From Lingula anatina (taxonomy: Eukaryota > Animalia > Brachiopoda), in contig CM120646.1 of the NCBI GenBank assembly GCA_051362555.1, positions 16,740,001-16,804,000 on the forward strand: a DNA stretch of 64,000 nt, read 5' to 3'. The position numbers were made by a program, and so were the translations under genes. The notes below the pieces were generated by a model. It made no database searches and was not told where the DNA came from. It saw only the letters and a list, made by a program, of their open reading frames with translations. Shown here piece after piece: positions 51,439 to 64,000 of the stretch (its first letter is position 1; each line of letters starts with the position of its first letter).

Positions 51439-52536
51439 AGCGATGCACCTTGAACAGGTGCCCCTACACATCTAACGCAATCAGGCCATTGCTGAGTTAA
51501 AGGTCCTGACAAATATTGTACCCCGACTTACTATTATATATCCACAAATACTTAAGAAAAAAGGTAATACCCGTCCACAATTTCACATGGAGCCAAAATC
51601 ATATGAATTGTTATTTACATTATTAACATTTAACATTAGAACAGTTGATGAATGTTCAAATCTAGTACAATCAACAGACTTCATCAGACCATTTTATTTA
51701 CTTGATGTGACGATTTTGTAATCTGTGATACAGCAGAATAAGAAAACAAAATGATTTTGATTTGTAATATCCAACAAGTTGCCAATAAAACTAATGTGAC
51801 AACGTGTCACTTAAAGTAGTTAAAAACTGATGGAAATTATTCTTAGTAGTAATGTTGTTCATAATAGTTTTTAAAACTTCTAAGGTTAGGACAAAAGCTC
51901 TTACAGGTATGCTTTCAACACAGCATAGAAATTGAAGAGTTTTAAAACTTAAGTATTATGAATTGTTCAAAATTGATTTGCAGGGTTGAAGAGATGAGTC
52001 AAATAACTTTTCATAAAACAAACTTTAATTGAAAAAAAATGCAAGCTATCAACACAATGGTACCTTGGAATAACACTTTATTTTTAAGTTCTTGCTTATG
52101 TTTTAAAACTCACATTTGACAATTTAAATTGGAGAATTAATATTTACAAACCCAGAATTATAACATGTACATCTTTGCACTTATAATAAATAGTCTAACA
52201 ATTTAAAACACTATTAAGGCAAAAGCATCTTATTTCCAGAAGAAAAAATATTTTTTAGTGGGGATATACCAGATGACATGTAGCTATTTTTCTGACATAA
52301 AAGAAATAATATGCATATCAAAGTGAAAATAAAAAAATTAGATGCTAATAACTAGATCTACATTCAAGTTTGCGCATTTTTAAAATATATAAAAAGTCCT
52401 GAGAACTTTCATTGCATGATATGGGCCATGCCATTTTTTATCACACAGCAACATATTGGTCAAATGACAGTATCTTTGTGCCCTTGGGTAACATGGTAAA
52501 CCATTAATATGTGATTGAAGAAATAAGCCCTCTCTG

Positions 52537-55500
52537 TCAAGGAGAGTTGAGTCTGAAGCTCATTTCTGACTCATCGGAATCATCAAGATCCACTCCATAA
52601 CGAGGGACGGGGTCAGAGTCATAGTCCAAGAGCTCTGTGTCTGTGATGTGCGAGTCTCCTTCCACAAAGCTGGCAAATCTGAAAGTGATGGAACACGTTG
52701 AACAGATTTTAATAGGTAACATTCTGCGAGATTGTATAATTCCCTTTATAGTCTATACTGCATCTGAGACCCACTGTTCATGAAAGGTGACTAAATTACA
52801 CAAATTGCAACAATTTCCTGGGAAACATTAACAAATTTAATAAAAATTGTAATTGAATGCCTCTGATTCAAATCCTATTCCTTAACTATGAGGAACAAAC
52901 ATCCACAATAAAAATCCCCTTGTTCTACCTGGCTTGAGAGTTGATCCTGACAGTACTGGAGTCGGGTATTCAGCAGTCCCACAGTTGGTATCTTTTCTAT
53001 AATCATTATAATTGCCCTACCTGGATGGAGAATTGATCCTGGAAATAGTCCTCCATGCATCACACTTAGGACTGAGACAATACTGGCGAAGGCTCTCCAA
53101 CTGCTGGCGCGTGTACTCATCAGCCTGGCGTTGGTACTCCTCTTCACTTAACAGGTGCACTTTGGGTGGAAACCGCCGTCTCCTGTCCATAAAAGAGGAA
53201 CATAGAATCGAGTTTTCCATAACACATGATGGGGTCACAGCTATGGTTTCAATGCAGGTGAATATTTTTTTCACATTTGAAACTCAATGCAATGTATTTT
53301 TTATTTTTATATTTTCACTTGATCTATTCAATTTCTTCATTACATTTTAAGAGGGAATATTTTTTATCTACATAGGTAAAAATTGTTTGTATGCTTGCTA
53401 TGCTATTTTAAATGTGGTCAACTAACCTTTTGCCACTACTCACCACACTGATAAAATATAGTGTAATATCTTCCTTGGAAAACAGTGAATTGTTAATATA
53501 ACAATGATAGTACTAATGGCAACTTCCTGGATCTGTCTTGTGCTTCCATATACCAAGCCTAAAGCACATAACTGTAATGTCCACTTTATGAGATTAAGAC
53601 TCCTTGGGTCTGTCACTGGACCTCGCCAGTAGAGTACTGCTAAGGTTAATAATCCTGCAACTGCAAAGTAGCCCAGGACGTAGTGTGAATATGTTTCTAG
53701 TATGTTCTGCACATTTGACCACATGGCATTAAGAAGAAAGAGACTGAAGGACCAACCTCCTGCCAGCACAACATAGCCTGTTTTCTGAAAGTATTAATAT
53801 GTATATGTACACTCAAAGCAACAAAGCTTTGTGCAGAAAAGGCATTTTTGCCATTTAATAAAATTCATTGGCCCACTGTTTTAAAATGGAAAATGATCAT
53901 GTATCAACATGAATTGTTTAAAATGTCATTAGTGCATGCATATTGCATAGTATTTTTCATAATTACTAAAAAAATCTGAATATAACATGGAATTATAATT
54001 CAGGATTTCATGTATTAAAAACAAACAACAAGCTAAAACATTCTAACATGCACCATGGCCTGGCAGTAACAATACAGGACCATATGTATACCTACCCTGG
54101 GCACAAACCTGCTGACAATAAACACAATGATAAGACAAGAAGCCAGCAGCCCCACAGTCATCCCAGTGCCATAGTAGAATACAATGTTCTTGCTGAGTCT
54201 TCTGGCATTGAAGAACAAAATCAGTCCCAGGAACAGGTATGTGATCAGCCAGGGGTCTATAGCTATTATTGAAAATTAACATTCAAAAATAAAAGTATGA
54301 ATAAAACAAAAATAGTTCTCACATAACTATAGTAAAAGCACAACTATAGTAAAAGTAGAGAATAACTACAGTAAAATATCTGATCCTAGTTTTGGACAAA
54401 TTTGCAATCTTTTAAACAGAAATAGTAATCTGCCCCAATCCTTAAAAAGTGATTAAATTGAAATGAGATGCCAAATTTTAAAAATATTGAACAAATACTT
54501 CAAATATTCATATTTCATGAATTATGCCTTAAATTTTTGTAATTATAATGCTAACCTCTAATCTTTAGTTTTACAGAATAACTAGTTTTGGTTGCCACAC
54601 CAAGACATGACAACCTAAAGGTATCCATGGTAACCTCCTCCTTTTTCCATGGCAACAAGTTAAACCATGACTTCATGGCATTGTGATACTGTTCCTGCAC
54701 AGCTGAAGTATTGGCACCTTTGAACAGCTCATAGTCCTCCTCACTGATTACTAGCCGTAGCTATGGTGACAAAAGAATGAGCTCTGTCATAACTACATAG
54801 TAAATAGTGTCTAATTTTTGGCACCAAATATGAAATGTTATTGTCTAAAAATGATATGAAGCTGCTTTCATTACATACATTGCAACAGTGATACTTGCAA
54901 TATTACAGGGTATATAAAGTAACATGTCACTTATTAATTAATTTTTTATGTTGAATCTTGTGTCATAAAGAAATTAGGAAAATATATCACTTACAGTTGC
55001 AGTAGTCCATAACTTTACTGCCTTATACTCCTCCCCTTCATAACAAAATACAACCAGCCTTGAAGTAGGTCTTGAATCAACTTTCTGCTCATTATTACTT
55101 TTTGTTAGACTGTATACGTAAGTCTCTGTGATAAAGTTGAACAAGAAAAAGATTAACTTTGTTTTCATCGGCATGGTATTAAAACAATCCAAACAGCTCT
55201 TGGCTGGCTATTTAATATAAATATATATTTAAAGGAAACCCATTTACCAAATAAATAAATAAATAAATTATAAGGAAAACTTCCAACTAAGTTACTGGTG
55301 TTTGCACATTGAGCATTTGCAACAAAAATATTTTGTTAGAAGATTTATCGGTTCAGCCACAAATAATTTCAAATCACGTACAGATGGCCTCTTGGAACTA
55401 TCGTTGAAACACATGCACTAGCTTGTAAATGTACTAATTCTAGAAGCATGAATCATTAGCTGAACTTGAAGATGAAAGTTGGTAAAAGGATGACTTAGTT

Positions 55501-55675
55501 CAGAAATACGAGGATTCCTATTTAGAATCCCCACTATTTTATTCTGTCACTTACCGAGAGATTGTACTAAAGAGGATTTTAAACAAGTTATGCATATGAC
55601 CCCCCAAAATATTGCAAATTTCCAAGTAACTTCTGCACCACAGGAACGATTTCCCGCCGGCCTGGGCGCAGACAT
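52537..55675 (-). CDS. NEMP1: Nuclear envelope integral membrane protein (NEMP1/TMEM194 family, ~422 aa)
   Basis: Exons (minus): 55675-55555, 55125-54995, 54760-54556, 54262-54096, 53784-53444, 53182-53021, 52678-52537 (1269 nt). Motifs LSKNIVFYYGTGMTVG, GGWSFSL, YWRGPVTDPRSLNLIKWTLQ, LLSEEEYQRQA, LRQYCLSP..DAW and RFASFVEGDSH. Confidence 0.92.
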
Positions 55676-55917
55676 CTTGAAATATAATCTCCAAACTAAG
55701 ATATAGACAAAGCAAATGCCAACTGTTCATTGTGTTACTTTTATATTAAAAAAATTAAGAGATACTTTTTAAAATATATCAAACTAGTTCTGATAAAATC
55801 TAGGTATTGTTAATTGGCTGTAGAATGCATTTAGTTAATTTTATCTTTATAATATCAGAGAGTACTATATAAACTTCCTGTCGCATCATTTTGGTTTGGA
55901 GTCCCTAGCAATCAATA
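55676..55917. promoter_or_regulatory. Compact bidirectional promoter NEMP/DNPEP
   Basis: 242 bp separate the divergent ATGs; an ETS-like ACTTCCTG sits near 55873. Confidence 0.55.
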
Positions 55918-57256
55918 ATGGTAAGTGCAACTTCTCTTCGTAATTAGTGCATTTTAATCTCAACTTAAAATGCATTTTGACGTAAAGGTAAAGGATTTAA
56001 GAAACAATCGTGACAATATGACTTTATGGCTGGACTATGCTTTTGCTTGAGGAAGTTTTTGTTCACCCCTTTTCCAACATGATTCAATTGCCATAATATT
56101 GGCAACGGCCTGATCGGCTTTTTGTCAGAGATACTATACTAGAGTTAAAGCGTCGCAATAACCGGTGCCCTCAGATCATTGATGGTTGAAATATTTTAGT
56201 GTTTAACTCAGAACATGAATCCATTTGAGCTTTTTTGTATGCGTTTTCAAATGTTTGCTTAGTCATCTTGTTATTGACCCATTAGAGCCTGCGTCATCAA
56301 AACAAACGGCAGCCATGCTGGAGGGAGACAGGAATCGTCTGCTGCGCATGAACAAGCCATGTCTGTAGTTCAGTTTTCGTTTTCTGTATTTTTTTTCATA
56401 TTTAACCGAGCAAAATGATGAATTACTGCAGGGTATTTGATCGAGAGAAGGTAACTTACTTTACAAGCGTTCACAGACTGCCTGCAGTGGTAAAAACCCA
56501 TGGTGAAGGAACTAAAACCATTAACGGAGGAGAGACGGCGAGGTGGCTTTGAATCAAGACTCTTCGGAAAAGTAAAGGATAAAACTAATTTATTTTATAG
56601 CAAAGAATGAAGAGCCAACTGTGCAGATTTACCATAAAAGAAAAAACAGTAGAACACCAAAGACCTAGGTGTGTACGTTTGGGGCGCACGTATATATTTA
56701 AAGTAGTGCCCAAAAAGTGTGGATGGAGAGTGTGTTAATTTGTTAAAACCTGTGGAAATACCCAGGCAGGGTTTCGACTTTTATAATGAAGACTCACCTA
56801 TTGCCTTGGGTGTAATTTGTTATCAGTTACGGTGCTCTCTAGATTTTATCGGCTGTCACCTACCTCTTTTATACCTGGTTAGCATTATTCCCAATTAGTG
56901 TCAAGGCTATATTTGTACTGTACACAGCTGAGCTGGGCCAATTAAATCAATTACCTGTATGAAGTGTATTTGGAAGTTAGTGGCTTAATTTTCGATTTGG
57001 TGTAGTGATAAGAGTAATTTTATTTTGCAAGTAAATTCTACCTCAGGTGTAATTGACATATAACTTTAATAACCTCATGAAATAATTTTGCACTTTCCTC
57101 TGTAAAAATGTTAAATTCTGCTCCTTTCAACTGTAATGTTGTAAGTTATAATATGAATAAAAATCACTATTGTTATCTTTCTATTAATTTATGTATTTAT
57201 GTAGGAAATTGATCAGGCATTTCCCACCAAGCCACACTGATTGGGTGCAAGTTAAT

Positions 57257-57306
<50 letters not shown>

Positions 57307-58899
57307 GGAAGCTTTTGATAACACACAAGGTAGAAGCAGCAAAAAATATTCCTAGATCTCTGTGACCAGCTGGGGAGACAGGATCTGAACATCAGGAGAG
57401 TGAAATCCAGTGCATGACAGGAGTTATTTAATTGAAGCGACACTCAGAACTCAGCATTTCATGTTCACTTTTATTCATACAAAATGTGCACTTTTCCTAT
57501 ATGTTTAAGCAAATGGTTGCAGAAATCAATTCATGAACTGAATTATTATTTTACATTGGACATCATAAATACATGATTGTGAAAAATGCCTTGCTTCTGT
57601 GAATGACTGAATAATAATAAAATCCTAACAATGTTGCTTATATGAATGGTTGCATTCATGGTGAATATTAAACTCTCTCAAACAACAGTCTCGTTACATG
57701 TACTTTCTAATGAACCAAAATGAAGTACAAGAATGCTGAAATAATTTAAAAAGTTGATGATGGTATAGAGCAAATGTTCTGCATACTTTACTTCTGTACT
57801 GTATAAACAATAGCATCTGAAAATCCCCAATATAGTTAGGCTTTACATTAAAAAAAGAGAACAACAAATACCTGATACTGCAGTTTTAAAGTAAATTTAA
57901 AATACATGAATTTTGTTCACTGAATACCTAGCAAAATATTCTCAATGCAAATGGTATATAAAATTTTATAAAATCAGTTTGATACAATACTTTTTATGAC
58001 AGTAGATGTATTTTGAAAACTTATTTACAACACAACTCACCAGCTTTATTTTGATACAAAGGACACGTCTTTTTCATCATTGACATAGTTTCTATTGCTC
58101 CATTGATATCAAGTGTATAGTCCCATGGCAAATTCCCATTCTCTAAGTCCCACTTAAACTGAGGTTTGAGGATATTTGTAGTGCCTAACAAATGCTTCTG
58201 TGAATGACTGAACTAATAATAAAATGCTAACAATGCTGCTTACATGAATGAACAACAGTCTTGTTACATGTACTTTCTAATGAACCAAAATGAAGTACAA
58301 GAATGCTGAAATAATTTCTGACAGCTTCACGATGTGAAGATAAGTCATAACTAACAGCAATATTTCATGTCATAAGACAATCATACATTCTTCCTTGAAT
58401 CCACAAGGGTTTATCCTAATGATCAGCTCAAATTTTTTATATCTATCCTTTATGAAAACAGTTGCTTCTATTTATGGTTAAACTTATGATTACACATTAA
58501 ACTCTCTCAAACTATAACTGTTATTACCCAATGAACAAGAAAAATGAAGTACAAGATACATGTAACTGAACTATCTTCTGACAACACGATGTTGGGTAAG
58601 TAGCATTTAGTAGGATTTCACGTTTTTAGACTGTCTTGAGTTCATATCGGTCGATCCCGCTGATCAGCTGAAGCCTCAGCTTGTATATATCCTTTTCCCT
58701 TTGGTGTCTTTGATCGTGATATGAAGTTTACTTTATTTTATTTGGTTTACCTATATTTACGCTACTATTCCCCGACGTTCATTCCCTCCAGCATGGCCGC
58801 GGGACTAGTGTTACGGAGCAAATATGACGTCACTGTAATCGGTTAATTGTACATTCAACTTGAAAAAGAAAGCAGACTCATAATGAGATGCTTGCACGT

Positions 58900-58953
<54 letters not shown>

Positions 58954-61900
58954 TAAAGGCAATTGCATATTTACTGTTTAATGTTATCTTATCTGGATTG
59001 CATGCCTCTTTTTTTTTTTTTTTTTTTGTGCCTCCTCCCCTTTCCTTCAAGAATTAATAGCTTTTTGTGTGTGTGTGCATGTGGGGGGGGGGGGGGAGAG
59101 AAATAAATAAAATGAAATTCTCTTGGACATAATCATTACAATATATCAACCTAAAATCTGTATTATCATTTTAGTCAGAGTCCGTGTTGTCTGCAGCCAA
59201 GCATTTCATCAATTATGTCAACAGATCTCCCTCCCCCTTCCATGGTAAGTACCAGGCAGACATGGGCCCAGGGTTTCTGAGCCTTTATTATGAAAAAAAT
59301 ATAGGTCTTAAGTTTTGAAGACATGAAAACAGTGAAGGCATGTTAAAAAGTAATGCATGTCCAATGAGCTCTAGTGGATATTAATGCAGTGGTGGTATTT
59401 TGTGAGTCTTATCTTTATTAAAAACTTTGAAAATTTTGATAAGCTTTATTTCATTTACACTGCCGTGACTTAAAAACTTAAAATAACATGCCTAAGACAA
59501 ATTGTACCCTGTAACATTTACTTTTGATGGACTTAGGGAGAAACTGAATTATGAATTTATAACCTCTCAAAACACAAATTGTATGAAAGTTGCTTTCCTC
59601 TTATGAAAAAAAAAACATTATGACTGTTTCAGCTGTAGAGGAGATAAAGATTAGACTGCTGTCAGCTGGATTTTTGGAGCTCAAAGAAACAGAAAAATGG
59701 GACATCAAACCTTCCAACAAGGTAAGACAAAAGTGGTCCTCTGAGAATTGCCCTGTTAATAATTTCATCAGCTGATCATGATTTATACTCCCGCTTCCTA
59801 TTGTAGTTTACTTTAAAGTGAGTAGATGGGGACCAAGGTAGATAGGACATAGGAATGGAAAATAGATTAATTTTTTTTGCCATTATGGCTTGTCATTTCT
59901 CCCCCTCCACACCGCTTATTTCATTTATTTATTTATTTAGTGGTGGTGGTGGGCAGGGAGGGAGGGAGAGTCGGAAGCTGGAGGGAGGGGGGGACCCATT
60001 GTTCCTCCTATCCACCAATGGCTGAATATCTATCCTGATTGTGTTTTATATCTATTTCCAGTATTTTGTCACCAGGAACCATTCTACCATCATAGCATTT
60101 GCTGTGGGAGGCAAGTACCGGCCAGGCAATGGGTTCAGCATTGTAGGGGCACACACTGACAGCCCCTGCCTAAAGGTTAAACTACCTTATTTATTATTTT
60201 CTTCTGTACTTATTTATTTGTTTGTTACAGTAACCAGAAGGTGCACATTTTACATAAAATCATGTTAATTCAAAGTATACCTTAGATGATGATGTAACAA
60301 TGATGATAGAAGTAAAAATTCAAAAGATTTATTCGACAGCCAAACAATCGAGTACACCAACTATGGTTTTAGTCGAAGAAACTATGATATTCATAGACTT
60401 ACTTTGTAACAAACTAATTTGAAAGACACCATTTAAAATATTTTCAAGAGTACAGTTTTGCTGTTTATCGATGAAAATATTGTGATAAATGAAAAAGAAC
60501 AATTATTTTACAGATCAAGCCAATTTCCCGGAAGGTCCGACAGGGTTATTTACAGGTTGGTGTCCAGTGTTATGGAGGGGGAACCTGGCACACCTGGTTT
60601 GACAGAGACTTGACTGTGGCCGGCAGAGTGATAGTGAAGGTCAGTGCTTACAGTAAGGCCACATTCAAAACAGTGGACTAACTAGTCCATGGGTCAAATA
60701 TGGCAACCTACTAAAAAGCTTGCAGTGTAATCTACTATTAGATACTGAATAGATTTCGTATGGGGAAGTATTCAAGAGGGTCAGCTATATTTGACCCTTG
60801 GTCTAGTTAGTCTACTGTTCTGAATGTGGGCTTATAGGTGATATCTATATATGTAATAGCAAAGTGCCTAAATTGTTCTTCCACAATTTTTTCCATGTTT
60901 TTTCTCTTTTTTTTTTTTTTTACACATAAAAGCAGATTAACACTTAATCTTTCACTCCCCCCATCTAATATTTTATCAAAGTGACTTCCACATGAATTTT
61001 TGTGTCCATACTTTTGTGTAAAAGCATTCTCTGTCATTTGTGTTGGACTGATGGATTATGTCCCAGCCTGTTATGTATTTCAGAATGACAGCAAATTAGG
61101 CCATCGCCTTGTCCATGTGAAGAGACCCATCTTGAGGGTGCCGAACATTGCCATTCACCTCATGAGGGACATGAATGAGAAGTTTTCACCTAACAAAGAG
61201 ACACACCTGTAATTGTTTGAATTATGCACCAATTTTAAACATCTTCTTTATACCTATATACAAGGTTGTTCTAAAATGTTTTTAGCCATATAGTCCTTTG
61301 AGCCAGTAGTAAGCACTGATTAAGAAAAAAATGAATTTTTAAAAAAACCATAATCTTTTCAAAAAAAAACGTAATTTCTGAAGTCAACATGCTCTTTTTC
61401 TCAGAACTTTTTACTAATCTTTTTCAAATATGACGTCCTAATAACACATTGGTTTCAAATTGGAAATTTAACTGTTTTGATAATTATCTTAATGATTTTA
61501 ACGTATACAATAACACAGTGATTGACATAACAAGTCGGCTTGCTAGTTAAATACCTAAGTATGTTTAAAGATCACTCAGTGACACATGAGCTATGGAATA
61601 ATGCTCCCTTAAACATAGCTTCCTGAGTTAACAATTTGTAGTTCTGCAATTTCATACCTGTTCTGGTATGCAACACTTACCATCCAGCAATATCTTGATC
61701 CCAAGCTCTCTAATGATAATGATAATTATATACATACTAATAATATACATGAACTGATTTCTCATTGTAGGCAGCCTATATTGGCTACCAGTATACAGGA
61801 AGAGCTGGAGTATGGCAGTAAGACAGCAGAAACTTCAGACTTCAAGCAGGAAGTGAGTAAGGATGGTGATTGTGAGGAGTTTGTATAATAATAATAAGTT

Positions 61901-63717
61901 TATTAATACATGGAAAACACAAGGCTTAAGTTGTACATAAACTTGAATAGGATAAGAATTACAAATTGAAACATTTACATAAGATTGGCATGTGTTGTAA
62001 GAAGGAGAACCACAAAATTATTGTGCTGGAAAATTCATTTCTCTAAGAATGCACACAGTGATTCAGAAATAATCATAAGTATTTGCTGTTTATTATAACT
62101 TATACATGTGTACATCACAATGTATTATATATTTTGATGAATTTTAATACATGCACCTTGGTGCTATGCTTCCTAGTAATGTCTGACATCATCCTAAAAG
62201 AACCTGTACTGGCTTTGACACCCTGTGGATCAGTGAATACTTTGTTTTCCAGGCTGATAAGCACCACCCTGTCCTGGTGCACATACTAAGCGGTGAACTC
62301 GGGGTGACAGCTGACCAGATCATGGACTTTGAGCTCTGTCTGGCAGACACCCAGCCTGCTGTAAGTAAAGGGAATTATCAGAAATTGATGTTTTTGAAGT
62401 GGACTGTTTTGCAGTTGGGGGGAGGGAAGTTGGGTGGGGAAATTAAAAAGAAAAAGAAAAATAAAGAGAGCCTTGTAATAACATATAGGGTCCATTTTAA
62501 AGATCTTACTCGTACATGTTGGTGTACCATGAAAGCTGACAGCTTTGAAAAGACTTGATAAAATAATTTTGTGATCATATGGTCAAGAAAAAATGTTTTT
62601 TTATTATTATTAATTAATTCATTGTAATTTCATTTAAGTGTCTAGGAGGAGCATTGAATGAGTTCATCTTTGCTCCAAGATTGGATAACCTGTTGAATGC
62701 TTACACTGCAATGGAGGTAGGATATTTCAATTCTGTGATGCTCCAAATATAAAGTGCTGTCTTTTGTTTACTTGGATGATTTTATTGACTCGTGTTATAT
62801 TTTTTACAATTTATGACTAAAATACATAAATTTCTGTCTGACATAGCTGAGGCAAAAAAGATGAATATCAAATCTATACCAGATGAATTCTTGGAACCAG
62901 TTATTCAGTTGCAATATATATATTATCATTTTGTAGATATTTTTGGTAAGTCCCATTTTGACTTAAAATTTTTCAACCATTCAAACACTGCACCTAAACA
63001 GCGATTCCAGATTTTTATTGATAATTTGCTCTGGACAGTTATTTGTCGATATTAAATTTAAAATTAAGAAACATCAGTGGAAGATGCCATTGTTTCAATA
63101 ACTGTAATATATTCTATTCCAGGGTCTGCTGGATGCATGCAATAATGAAACACTACAACAAGATCCCAACATAAGAATGATCAGCCTTTTTGATAATGAG
63201 GAGGTATGCACTAAGCTGAATTATTGTTATTTTGGTATTTAATTTTATTTTGCACTTTATTGCAACATAAAAGAACCTTTTTTACTGCAAGATAAGCATA
63301 TAGATACCAAACAATGGTCCAGAGGAATAAATGAACATGCATGATGAAAAAAAAATAATGTAAATGGCTTACTAGTCTTTTTCTCTTCCTGAATAAGTAA
63401 TTTACAACCAGTGACAGTCTCAGTGACAGTCAAAGTTGCAAACCATCCAAAAGGGTTAAACGACTTCTTACTCCTCCTGTAATGCTTGTAGATATATTGT
63501 CTAAGATTTTCAAAAGTATTTGTTTTGCTACGGTTTACCCACAGTTTACTTTCTCCTCCCAGGTTGGTTCCCAGAGTGCCCAGGGAGCAGGATCTACATT
63601 TCAAGAGTTGGTTCTCAGAAGAATCAGTGGCCCCACCCCTGGGAGCTTTGAGATTGCAATGCCAAGGTCACTCATGGTCAGTGCTGACCAGGCACACGCT
63701 GTCCACCCAAATTACAG
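55918..63717 (+). CDS. DNPEP: Aspartyl aminopeptidase (M18 family), 3'-partial
   Basis: Exons: 55918-55920 (ATG only, inferred), 59175-59244, 59633-59721, 60062-60175, 60514-60639, 61084-61208, 61771-61852, 62253-62360, 62639-62716, 63123-63203, 63563-63717. Motifs [52 protein letters not shown] and [12 protein letters not shown]. The gene continues beyond the window. Confidence 0.95.
56281..58847. mobile_element. Decayed, internally deleted ISL2EU-like (PIF/Harbinger-related) DNA transposon in DNPEP intron 1
   Basis: Subterminal inverted repeat GCCATGCTGGAGGGA (~56313) / TCCCTCCAGCATGGC (~58783), with TGCGTCA/TGACGTCA just outside. Plus-strand THAP-like relic [29 protein letters not shown] (frameshifted, 56415-56550). 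Convergent minus-strand relic [20 protein letters not shown] (~58640-58725) resembles the N-terminus of accessory YqaJ-type ORFs. Confidence 0.5.
57590..58580. repeat. Local duplications inside the decayed transposon
   Basis: 57590-57745 is similar to 58190-58316. ATGAAGTACAAGA occurs three times and AAACTCTCTCAAAC twice. Confidence 0.8.
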
Positions 63718-64000
63718 GTCAGACTGGATTTTGTACCAATGTTATGGACATGTGTATTCCGTTTTTGCTTACACAACTTGGTACATGTATACGGTGGCCA
63801 TTTTCACAGTAAAACTATAGACCAAATGTTATTCTTAACTTTAACAGAGAAACTGGTCAGTATCACTTCAGGAGAAATCTACTGTAATAGGTGTAAACTA
63901 GTGGTTATTTCTTGCTTGTGATAACACGGGTGCTATATTTCAATCAGACTTTTCCTGATTAATCTTCAGTCAAAATACTAAGACTAACATTCTGTTCTGA

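Noticed and set aside
57261-57305. Long poly(A) runs (also ~58907-58949) as retroelement tails
   Set aside because: No recognisable SINE/LINE body or TSD was found, and homopolymer lengths may be affected by sequencing.

Overview
This is AT-rich, intron-rich animal genomic DNA, probably from an invertebrate such as a lophotrochozoan; the taxon cannot be fixed from sequence alone. By reading splice sites and frames by hand I reconstructed eight spliced protein-coding genes: LMBR1 (-, 3' end runs off the left edge), TMEM169 (+), a CACHD1/alpha2delta-like VWA-Cache membrane protein (+, 23 coding exons), a stand-alone WRN-type DEDDy 3'-5' exonuclease with no helicase (-), a GhrA-like D-2-hydroxyacid dehydrogenase (+), TRAF3IP1/IFT54 (-), NEMP/TMEM194 (-) and DNPEP (+, runs off the right edge). 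Three pairs are head-to-head. Introns hold several MITE-like elements, a decayed ISL2EU-like transposon and satellites. Most supplied ORFs are exon fragments or spurious. No rRNA, tRNA or CRISPR array was seen. The points most worth following up are: a U12-type intron in LMBR1, two GC-AG introns, a Ku-binding motif on the helicase-less WRN exonuclease, tandem repeats repeatedly seeded from splice sites or a stop codon, candidate alternative/cryptic exons, and a CpG-rich versus CpG-poor mosaic. I found nothing I can confidently call a new biological system. Family assignments come from recalled motifs, not database searches.
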